Source: Okeania sp. (GTDB taxonomy: Bacteria; Cyanobacteriota; Cyanobacteriia; Cyanobacteriales; Microcoleaceae). From it: DNA of 27,812 nt. The position numbers and the translations under genes are program-made. The notes beneath the pieces are model-generated. The model was not told the DNA's origin, did no database searches, and saw only the letters and a program-made list of their open reading frames with translations. The DNA lies in the NCBI RefSeq assembly GCF_035285525.1, contig NZ_JAYKGW010000097.1, positions 1-27,812 on the forward strand. Direction: 5' to 3'. Positions within the stretch are counted from its first letter, which is position 1. Each line of letters begins with the position of its first letter. Below are positions 18,900 through 25,780 of this stretch, piece by piece.

Positions 18900-20243
18900 A
18901 TGGCTAACCAAAAGTCACTTGATAAACTACAGAAACTAATTCAAGATAGTACTAACAAAGCAATCATAAATAATGTCGAGCAAACTAGCAAATCAAGTAA
19001 CAATTTTACTGGTGTAAATCTTGAGAATGCTGACCTAAGTCTGAGCGATTTAGATGATATTAATCTTAGCGAAACTATTCTTAAAGGTGCTTATTTGCTG
19101 TGTGCTAATTTGAAAAGAACTAACTTTAGTAATAGCGATCTGAGCTATGCTAATCTCAGAGGAGCAATAATGTGGTTTGCTAACCTTAGCAAAGTGAATT
19201 TTCAAGGTGCAGACCTCAGAGGTGCTAGTTTTAGAGAAGCTAATTTAGACAGTGCTAATTTAGAATATGCTAACCTTTGGCGTACTGAGATTATTAACTC
19301 AAAATTAATAGAAACTAATCTTACAAATGCTAATTTAACTAATGCTAATTTGAGAAATAGTAATCTCACCAATGCCAATTTTAGTTATGCTGAATTGAAG
19401 AATGCTAACCTTAGCGAAGCTAATCTTACAGGTACTAATTTGAGTTATGGAAATTTGAGAAATGTTATTCTTAAAGATGCTAATCTTAAAAATGCTAATC
19501 TATCTAATATTAACTTAGTTGAAAGTAAATTAAACCGAGCTAATTGTGAAGGTGCTAATTTTTATTGTGCTAATCTGTATTGTACTAATTTTAGTCACGC
19601 CAATCTTCATAACGCCAAGTTGAGAGATGCTAATTTAGATTATGTTAATTTCAGAGGAGTAAAAATTAATGATGGAACAGAATTAGATAATAAGTGGCGT
19701 CTAGTTTGGGATATTGTTAATCATGGTGCTTATGGGAAAAATTTAAGTGGAACTAATCTGGAAAATGCCGATCTTAAAGGTGCGAATATAGGTAGTGTTA
19801 ACTTAACTAATGCTAACCTCAGATATGCTAATCTCAGATATGCTAATCTTAGTAATGCTAATTTAACTAATACTCAATTAACTAATACTAATTTAACAGA
19901 TATTAATTTTATTAAAGCCAATTTATATAATGCCAATATGCAAGGAGCTAATCTGAGCCATAGTTTATTATTTAATTCTATTATGACAGGTGCTTTATTA
20001 AATCAAGCTAAACTGATAAAAACTGAATTATGTGATGCGGAATTATCGAATGCTAAATTAATGATGGCAAATCTGATGAATGCTAACTTGAAAAATGCTA
20101 GATTATTGGGAGCTGATTTAAGAGAAACTAACCTTGAAGGTGCAAAATTAGGTGGTGCTGTATTTGGTAATAATCTGGGAATTTCTGAAGAAATGAAGCA
20201 GGAATTAATTAAACGTGGGGCTGTTTTTGAGGATGAAGATTAA
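18900..20243 (+). CDS. Large pentapeptide-repeat protein
   Basis: 447 aa, almost entirely A(N/D)L(x)x pentapeptides in two blocks separated by GVKINDGTELDNKWRLVWDIVNHGAYGKN. The C-terminal tail GISEEMKQELIKRGAVFEDED is shared with the 17664 product. Confidence 0.9.
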   Translation: MANQKSLDKLQKLIQDSTNKAIINNVEQTSKSSNNFTGVNLENADLSLSDLDDINLSETILKGAYLLCANLKRTNFSNSDLSYANLRGAIMWFANLSKVNFQGADLRGASFREANLDSANLEYANLWRTEIINSKLIETNLTNANLTNANLRNSNLTNANFSYAELKNANLSEANLTGTNLSYGNLRNVILKDANLKNANLSNINLVESKLNRANCEGANFYCANLYCTNFSHANLHNAKLRDANLDYVNFRGVKINDGTELDNKWRLVWDIVNHGAYGKNLSGTNLENADLKGANIGSVNLTNANLRYANLRYANLSNANLTNTQLTNTNLTDINFIKANLYNANMQGANLSHSLLFNSIMTGALLNQAKLIKTELCDAELSNAKLMMANLMNANLKNARLLGADLRETNLEGAKLGGAVFGNNLGISEEMKQELIKRGAVFEDED

Positions 20244-20297
20244 GAAAGAAGAAAGAAGGAAGAAGGAAGAAGGAAGAAGGAAGAAGGAAGAAGGAGG
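20243..20297. repeat. 55-nt all-purine tract containing (GAAGGAA)x5 plus one imperfect heptamer
   Basis: Read directly. The perfect heptamers run from 20255 to 20289. The tract starts at the last base of the stop codon of the 18900 gene. Its complement type (CTTCCTT-like) forms the tails at 7957-8004 and 8256-8318. Confidence 0.9.
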
Positions 20298-20421
20298 CTT
20301 GAAATACAGAATCTTCTTTTTTCTTAGTCGATTGGATATTATTAACATTTGTCTATACATTTGAGAGAAGATATATTTAAAAGCTTATAATCTAAACATC
20401 AACAAGCTTATACCCTATTTG

Positions 20422-20505
20422 TAATTAGGGTTGGCTGAATAAATATGAAGGTATTCACATACTAATGGTTTTAGCATTTTTTAGTTGGGAAAAAGTACTA
20501 GCTTT
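20422..20505. mobile_element. MITE family A, solo end in reverse orientation
   Basis: TAATTAGGGTTGGCTGAATAAATATGAAGG...TTTTAGCATTTTTTAG...AAAAAGTACTAGC is the reverse complement counterpart of 13955-14040. Confidence 0.5.
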
Positions 20506-20782
20506 TAGGTTCAATTAAAAAGGTGAAAAAAGTTAGCAAGGAAAGGCTAACTAGAACAGAAAAATTAAGAGACAATTCTTCCAACTAAATTCCTTTATAA
20601 CTCTTATTCCTCCGAGCTTCTCTTCCTCGGAGGGGCTAGGAGTGGGTTGACTCCCTAAGTCCCCCTCCACCGGAGGGGTTAGGGTTGGGTTGACTCTCTA
20701 CTTCCACCATCAGACTTTTTCAAATATGAAACTCAAAATCTTGTTTGGTAGCCATTACAGCTATAATATATTATTTTTAAAA

Positions 20783-20803
20783 TGAGAATAATTATCATTC
20801 TCA
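20783..20803. promoter_or_regulatory. Fur-family (Fur/Zur-type) operator candidate
   Basis: Palindrome TGAGAAT-AATTATC-ATTCTCA. The 19-mer GAGAATAATTATCATTCTC (20784-20802) matches the classical Fur box GATAATGATAATCATTATC at 15/19 positions by my manual alignment. It lies 16 nt downstream of a perfect TATAAT (20762-20767) and 22 nt upstream of ATG 20825. Confidence 0.55.
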
Positions 20804-20824
20804 TAATTATTGTTCTTTAATTCC

Positions 20825-22018
20825 ATGTCCTTACCAGTACAAACCAAAATGGCCATCGTAGGTGCTGGACCCCATGCCCTAACCTTGGTAACTCATCTGT
20901 TGCAAAAACGGGAAAAGTATCGCCATAAAATAATAGTATTTGATCCCAGCGGCACTTGGATGAGTCAGTGGCAACAGCAGTTCGCAGCCCAAGACATACC
21001 CCACTTGCGATCGCCAGTCGTTCACCACCCAGACCCAGACCCCTATTCTCTGCGTCGGTTTGCGGAACATCGCCTAGATGAACTATTCCCTCCCTACGAC
21101 TTACCTGGAACAAAAGTATTTCAAGAATTTTCCCAAGACGTAGTTAGTCGCTGGCAATTAGAAGACAAAGTATACAAATCATCAGTGACAAATATTGCTC
21201 CCATAACCTATAGAGGGAAACCTAACTTTCGAGTTGAACTAGATGATGGCAACTCAACCATAGCTCATCAAGTAGTCGTAGCTAATGGTGGGGGAAAATC
21301 CCAACTTCCAGAATGGGCGAAAAAAATTTCCACCCCCTATCCAAACGAAAGCCTTTGTCACTCCAATGAAGTAGACTTGCAAGGTTTGCGACTCAAAGGG
21401 GAAAAAGTGTTGGTTATCGGTGGGGGATTAACTAGCGGCCATTTAGCATTGGGGGCTTTAAAACGAGGCGCAAACGTAGCCTTGATGCTAAGACGTAAGC
21501 TCAAAGAGAAATTATTTGATGCCGACGCTGGTTGGTTAGGTCCAAAATATTTGAAAGTTTTTAGCGCCGAAACTGACTGGCAAAAACGATGGCAGTTAAT
21601 TCAAGAAGCACGAGATGGGGGTTCCGTGACACCAGAAGTGATGACTCAGTTGCGCCGTTACCAACACCAAAATGAGTTATCTATTTTTGAGGAATGTCAG
21701 GTAGTGGGTGCTGAGTTTGTCGGCGATCGCTGGCAAGTAAAATGCGATGATGGAATGACATGGGAATGCGATCGTATCTGGTTAGCAACAGGTACAAAAC
21801 TTGATATTATAGAACAACCTATCTTAAAAGAAGTCTTGCATACTCACCCAGTGAAAATAATCAATGGGTTGCCAGTATTAGATGAATATTTGTGCTGGTC
21901 TGGTTGCGAACTATTTATTATGGGTGGGTTAGCTGCTTTGCAAGTAGGACCTGTTGCCAGAAACCTATCGGGAGCAAGGATGGCAAGTACCCGTATCGTA
22001 TCAGCATTAAAAAGTTAA
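20825..22018 (+). CDS. FAD/NAD(P)-binding oxidoreductase with two Rossmann motifs (flavin monooxygenase / N-hydroxylase-like or pyridine-nucleotide-disulfide-like)
   Basis: MAIVGAGPHALTLV (first GxGxxA/G) and VLVIGGGLTSGHLALGALKRGANV (second). I prefer ATG 20825 (MSLPVQTKMAIVGAG) to the TTG at 20810. ATG 20849 is also possible. Confidence 0.75.
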   Translation: MSLPVQTKMAIVGAGPHALTLVTHLLQKREKYRHKIIVFDPSGTWMSQWQQQFAAQDIPHLRSPVVHHPDPDPYSLRRFAEHRLDELFPPYDLPGTKVFQEFSQDVVSRWQLEDKVYKSSVTNIAPITYRGKPNFRVELDDGNSTIAHQVVVANGGGKSQLPEWAKKISTPYPNESLCHSNEVDLQGLRLKGEKVLVIGGGLTSGHLALGALKRGANVALMLRRKLKEKLFDADAGWLGPKYLKVFSAETDWQKRWQLIQEARDGGSVTPEVMTQLRRYQHQNELSIFEECQVVGAEFVGDRWQVKCDDGMTWECDRIWLATGTKLDIIEQPILKEVLHTHPVKIINGLPVLDEYLCWSGCELFIMGGLAALQVGPVARNLSGARMASTRIVSALKS

Positions 22019-22052
22019 TAGAATTTACGCAAATACGCTATATGTAGCGTTT

Positions 22053-22076
22053 AAAACTATTGTACAATAGTTTTTT
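22053..22076 (+). terminator. Perfect AT-rich palindrome followed by a T-run, either a terminator or an operator
   Basis: AAAACTATTG-TA-CAATAGTTTT plus TT. It is preceded by a second hairpin, ACGCTA-TATG-TAGCGT (22035-22050). Both lie in the 109-bp spacer between the oxidoreductase and the NTPase gene. Confidence 0.4.
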
Positions 22077-22127
22077 AACTCTATAGGCAGTACTTTGCCT
22101 AAGTCCTGGTTAAGCTATGGAAGAAAA

Positions 22128-22886
22128 ATGTCAAAACCTATAATCACTGTAGTAGCTGGTCCACCGGGAGTCGGCAAAACAAATTTTATTCGGGAACAAA
22201 TCCCCAAAGATACTCCTGCTGTTTATTTCAGCCCCGGTACTGGCAATGTTCCCATTGACCACACTTATCTGGCTACGGATTTTCCCAATCTCAAAATTAT
22301 TACTGATGCTCAACAGTCAGAACTCATAGAATATCTTGGTAATGGTACAGTTACTTTTATCGAATTAGGATTTTATTTAGAGTTAGATGCAATGTCATCA
22401 CTGCTGGATAAGATTCCTAGCACTCGTATTGCCATTATCCCACCGGGAACAGAAAATAGTGAATGGCATAAGTGGGCAGACCAAACTGTAGAAGGATGTG
22501 CTATTGAGAGTAATATTAATAATTGTCAATTCTGGCGATCGCCCACTAGAGGTCAAGTTATCGATCCGGCAAGTTTAGATGTTTTTTGGTATGATGAATT
22601 AATCCCTGGAGCTTATGGTGAAATTGTGCGTGCTAAAGCAATTTTTGATATTGCTGACGGACGTGCTTTTTCCTTTAATTTTGTCTTAGGAAAAGACACT
22701 GAATATCAAGAATTAAATTTACCAAGATGGCTAGAAGGTAGACCAGAACGTTTTAGTGGAATTGAAGTTTTTGGTAATAACTTAAATCAGAAAGCTTTAG
22801 CAGAAACTTTACAAGATTGTTGTTTACCTGATATAGCAATTTTAGCTTATCAAGAACAAGTAAAAGAAACAATGAATAATGAATAA
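22128..22886 (+). CDS. P-loop NTPase resembling G3E/CobW (COG0523-like) but lacking the CxCC motif
   Basis: Walker A VVAGPPGVGKTNFI. The Walker-B-like block is TFIELGFYLELD. The C-terminal part, GEIVRAKAIFDIADGRAFSFNFVLG, resembles the CobW C-terminal domain. No CxCC lies between the Walker motifs. I place the start at ATG 22128 (MSKPIITVVAG). Confidence 0.55.
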   Translation: MSKPIITVVAGPPGVGKTNFIREQIPKDTPAVYFSPGTGNVPIDHTYLATDFPNLKIITDAQQSELIEYLGNGTVTFIELGFYLELDAMSSLLDKIPSTRIAIIPPGTENSEWHKWADQTVEGCAIESNINNCQFWRSPTRGQVIDPASLDVFWYDELIPGAYGEIVRAKAIFDIADGRAFSFNFVLGKDTEYQELNLPRWLEGRPERFSGIEVFGNNLNQKALAETLQDCCLPDIAILAYQEQVKETMNNE

Positions 22887-23053
22887 TTAATAATTAATAA
22901 TTAATAATTAATTATTATGGTTGAAAGCCTCGCATTTTAAGGAAAAAAAAGAAATAATATTTCCTTAGATGTCGAATAACTTTGCTGAAATTACTGAAGC
23001 ATTAAAGTTTTGAGCAATAAAATCTTACTTTTGACTTTTGATTTTTGACTTTT

Positions 23054-23377
23054 TTAATTAAATAGTTAGCCGTAGGTTGGGTTGAGGAACGAAACCCAAC
23101 AAGAGTAAGCTTTTTTAGGTTTCACTATCGTTCAACCCAAACTACATTTTTAGATGAAAACTTTGACTATTTAATTCCATTAATTAAATAGTTAGCCGTA
23201 GGTTGGGTTGAGGAACGAAACCCAACAAGAGTAAGCTTTTTTTAGGTTTCACTATCGTTCAACCCCACCTACATTTTTAGATGAAAATTTTGACTATTTA
23301 ATTCCATTAATTAAATAGTTAGCCGTAGGTTGGGTTGAGGAACGAAACCCAACAAGAGTAAGCTTTTTTTAGGTTTC
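23054..23377. repeat. Tandem repeat, 126-127 bp unit, about 2.6 copies, each unit internally palindromic
   Basis: TTAATTAAATAGTTAGCCGTAGGTTGGGTTGAGGAACGAAACCCAACAAGAGTAAGCTTTTTTAGGTTTCACTATCGTTCAACCC.A.CTACATTTTTAGATGAAAA.TTTGACTATTTAATTCCA starts at 23054, 23180 and 23307. Each unit has the inner hairpin GTTGGGTT/AACCCAAC and outer arms GTAGGTTGGGTTGA paired with TCAACCCAAACTAC. Confidence 0.9.
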
Positions 23378-23410
23378 TGAACAATTAATAATTAAATAGG
23401 AATAATTAAT

Positions 23411-24226
23411 ATGAAAATCGCAGTTATGTCTTGCATTCATGGCAATTATGAAGCTTTAAATTCTGTATTAATAGATATAGAAAAACAGAAAGCAGAGAAA
23501 ATTTTCTGTCTGGGAGATTTAGTCGGTTATGGTCCCCATCCCAACGCGGTTGTCGAGCAAATTCGCAGTTTAGATATTCCCACAGTTTTAGGTTGTTGGG
23601 ATGAGGATATTGTGGAAGGATTAAATTCTTGTGAATGTAGTTATCCTTCTTTATTAGCAGAGAAACGTGGCAAGTTAGCTCACGAATGGACTGATAAAGA
23701 AATTAATCCAGAAACACGAGAATATTTAGGGTCTTTATCTCATACTTTGAAAGAAGAAAATATGTGTTTTGTTCATGGTAGTCCTCATAGTAACCATGAA
23801 TATTTATTACCAGATTTAGATGGTTTTTTAGCAGTTGAAAGAGTGTTAAGTAGTGGTGCTGATGTCTTGTTTTGCGGTCATACTCATGTACCTTATGTTC
23901 GGACTCTTGATGCTAATCAATTATTAGTTAAAGTTAATAGTTTGGGGAGGGAAAATTTAGAGTCAAAGAGTTGTATTGCTCCTCTGAAAAAAATTGTTAA
24001 TGTTGGTTCTGTAGGAGAACCTCGTCATGGTAGACCAAATGCTACTTATGTTATTTATGACAATGAAACTGAAGAAGTAAATATTCGAGAGATTCCCTAT
24101 GATTATCAACTTACTTGTGAAGCTATAGTTAATAAGGGGTTGCCAGAAATTTTTGCTTGGCGTTTGGCAAGGGGTTTAGAATATGCGGAAAAAGCTGACG
24201 ATCCTACTCATATTTGTGAGAGATAA
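23411..24226 (+). CDS. Metallophosphoesterase (calcineurin-like, Metallophos_2-type)
   Basis: 271 aa. The motifs, in order, are MSCIHGN, LGDLVGYGP, GCWDED, FVHGSPH, GHTHVPY and VGSVGEP. Confidence 0.8.
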   Translation: MKIAVMSCIHGNYEALNSVLIDIEKQKAEKIFCLGDLVGYGPHPNAVVEQIRSLDIPTVLGCWDEDIVEGLNSCECSYPSLLAEKRGKLAHEWTDKEINPETREYLGSLSHTLKEENMCFVHGSPHSNHEYLLPDLDGFLAVERVLSSGADVLFCGHTHVPYVRTLDANQLLVKVNSLGRENLESKSCIAPLKKIVNVGSVGEPRHGRPNATYVIYDNETEEVNIREIPYDYQLTCEAIVNKGLPEIFAWRLARGLEYAEKADDPTHICER

Positions 24227-24505
24227 TTGATAATTAATAATTAATAATGGATAATTGATAATTAAATAATTCTGGTTTAAGTAGGTAGGTGAAAAAAAAT
24301 TACAAGTATGTCATTGCGACTGGAACGGAGTGTAAGGAAGCAATCTCTGAGGGTTTTAAATACTTTAATATTTCCTTACATCGTGAAGTTTATTTGTGCC
24401 TACCTACTTAATTTAATGCCTCCCATTCTAAAGGGAAAAGGAAATAATATTTTCTTATATTTAATCAATAATGGTTTTATAGAAATTTAAGTTTTTCTGA
24501 GGTAA

Positions 24506-24749
24506 AATCCCCCCGTCCCCCTTTGAAAGCTATCCCTTATAAGGAACTCCTGAAACCCTGATGATGGTGGGATGGGCAGATGAGGGGAGAAAAGCCTCTA
24601 GTTAAATACTTAACTCTCCCGGAATACCCATTGAATGGTAAATACATGACTCGTCTTTTTTGTCAAGTTTTATGTTAAGAAAGATGTTTATAAAGGGGGG
24701 AAGCTGGAGCCTTCAAAGTCCCCCTTTCAAAGGGGGATTTAGGGGGATT
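24506..24749. mobile_element. MITE-like element (family B) with G/C-run terminal inverted repeats
   Basis: Left end AATCCCCCCGTCCCCCTTTGAAAG (24506-24529). The reverse complement of the right end (24724-24749) is AATCCCCCTAAATCCCCCTTTGAAAG. A solo right-end copy, TTTCAAAGGGGTATTTAGGGGGATTAT, lies at about 12966-12992. Confidence 0.55.
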
Positions 24750-24892
24750 ATAAATCTAGCTCAGAACTGTGGAAATTGCTATAACCATAGGTAATTATCT
24801 ATTATCAATTACAGCAAATTTCATCTTGGTAAAGCATATCTATGACAGCCTAGAAGGCTGTGTTACAAACCCTAAAAAAAGCAAAAAATTAT

Positions 24893-25621
24893 ATGAATTA
24901 TTGGGCAATCTTAACTGGAATTGAAGGAAATATCAAAGCTTATGAAGCCGTACTTGCTGATATTAAAAAACAAAGATATTTTGTGGAATCTTTATATATT
25001 TTAGGAGATTTAGTCGGGCTAAATATAGATTGTAAAAAATTAGTAGAGCGAGTACGTTATCCCAAAAAAAACGAACTTATACCCCAAGTTTGTACGGGAT
25101 GGTGGGAAGAACAATCTTTGATTTTACATGGATTAACTTCGATGAATGAACCGACAGAATTAATCAAAGAATATGGCATGAATACTGTGAAAATATTATG
25201 GGATAATGTAGATAGAGAAACAGTAGAATGGTTGAGGAATTTGCCCTTTGGTTTTTCTGAACTTGACTGTTTATTAATTCACGGTAGCACTATCGGAGTA
25301 AGCGATAAATTGACCCCCGATACTCCCCCGATACAAATGTTAGATAGATTAATGCGTTTTGGCGTTAATAATTTATTTTGTGGTCGCTCTGGTTTAGCTT
25401 TTGAATATCAGTTGGAAAATGGTTCAGTTAGTAGTGGGGTGACAACATTGGGAGCTGAAGTAGGTGCTATTGAGACAACATCATCTACTCAAGCTTTAAC
25501 GCCACGTCGGGTAATAGGGGTAGGTAATGTGGGAAGTTTGCCGGGAAATGCTACTTATACTCTTTATAATCCTAATACTGATGCAGTTTCTTTTAGAACT
25601 TTGACATACTCCCCGCGCTAA
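24893..25621 (+). CDS. Degenerate metallophosphoesterase paralogue (predicted catalytically inactive)
   Basis: It is colinear with the 23411 product, but the ligand motifs are altered: TGIEGN for SCIHGN, ILGDLVG retained, TGWWEEQ for GCWDED, LIHGST for FVHGSPH, GRSGLAF for GHTHVPY and VGNVGS for VGSVGEP. I place the start at ATG 24893 (MNYWAILTG), by analogy with MKIAVMS. Confidence 0.65.
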   Translation: MNYWAILTGIEGNIKAYEAVLADIKKQRYFVESLYILGDLVGLNIDCKKLVERVRYPKKNELIPQVCTGWWEEQSLILHGLTSMNEPTELIKEYGMNTVKILWDNVDRETVEWLRNLPFGFSELDCLLIHGSTIGVSDKLTPDTPPIQMLDRLMRFGVNNLFCGRSGLAFEYQLENGSVSSGVTTLGAEVGAIETTSSTQALTPRRVIGVGNVGSLPGNATYTLYNPNTDAVSFRTLTYSPR

Positions 25622-25780
25622 AGCGACAGGGATTCTAAATAGTGATATTTAGACTTCCTGCTCTAAGTTTCAGTCAATCTCGCCATCAATTGAGTCAAAT
25701 TTCTGTCAAAGCTCGGTTTGATTTTTCTTTAGATATGGTAATGTTTATTTAGTTTATGTTATAAAAATAAATGCAAAGTC

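Noticed and set aside
20817-21113. Two minus-strand ORFs (98 and 63 aa) antisense to the oxidoreductase gene
   Set aside because: They are nested in a gene with clear Rossmann motifs. This locally more GC-rich gene simply has fewer antisense stops.
22131-22313. 60-aa minus-strand ORF
   Set aside because: It is antisense to the P-loop region of the NTPase gene and has no supporting features.
23054-23377. A possible CRISPR-like array
   Set aside because: The whole 126-bp unit, including what would be the spacers, is repeated almost identically.
24308-24490. 60-aa plus-strand ORF between the phosphoesterase genes
   Set aside because: It runs through repeat-like sequence (CATTGC...GCAATC motif, AT-rich runs) and ends at the MITE-like element. 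It has no RBS or motif and is probably non-coding.
24793-24807. AATTATC-T-ATTATCA upstream of the degenerate phosphoesterase gene, considered as a second Fur/Zur box
   Set aside because: It is a direct rather than inverted arrangement of two hexamer-like halves (GATAAT-A-GATAAT on the minus strand) with no third inverted half. Such a pattern is too easily produced by chance in this AT-rich DNA, which also carries GGATAAT heptamer repeats.
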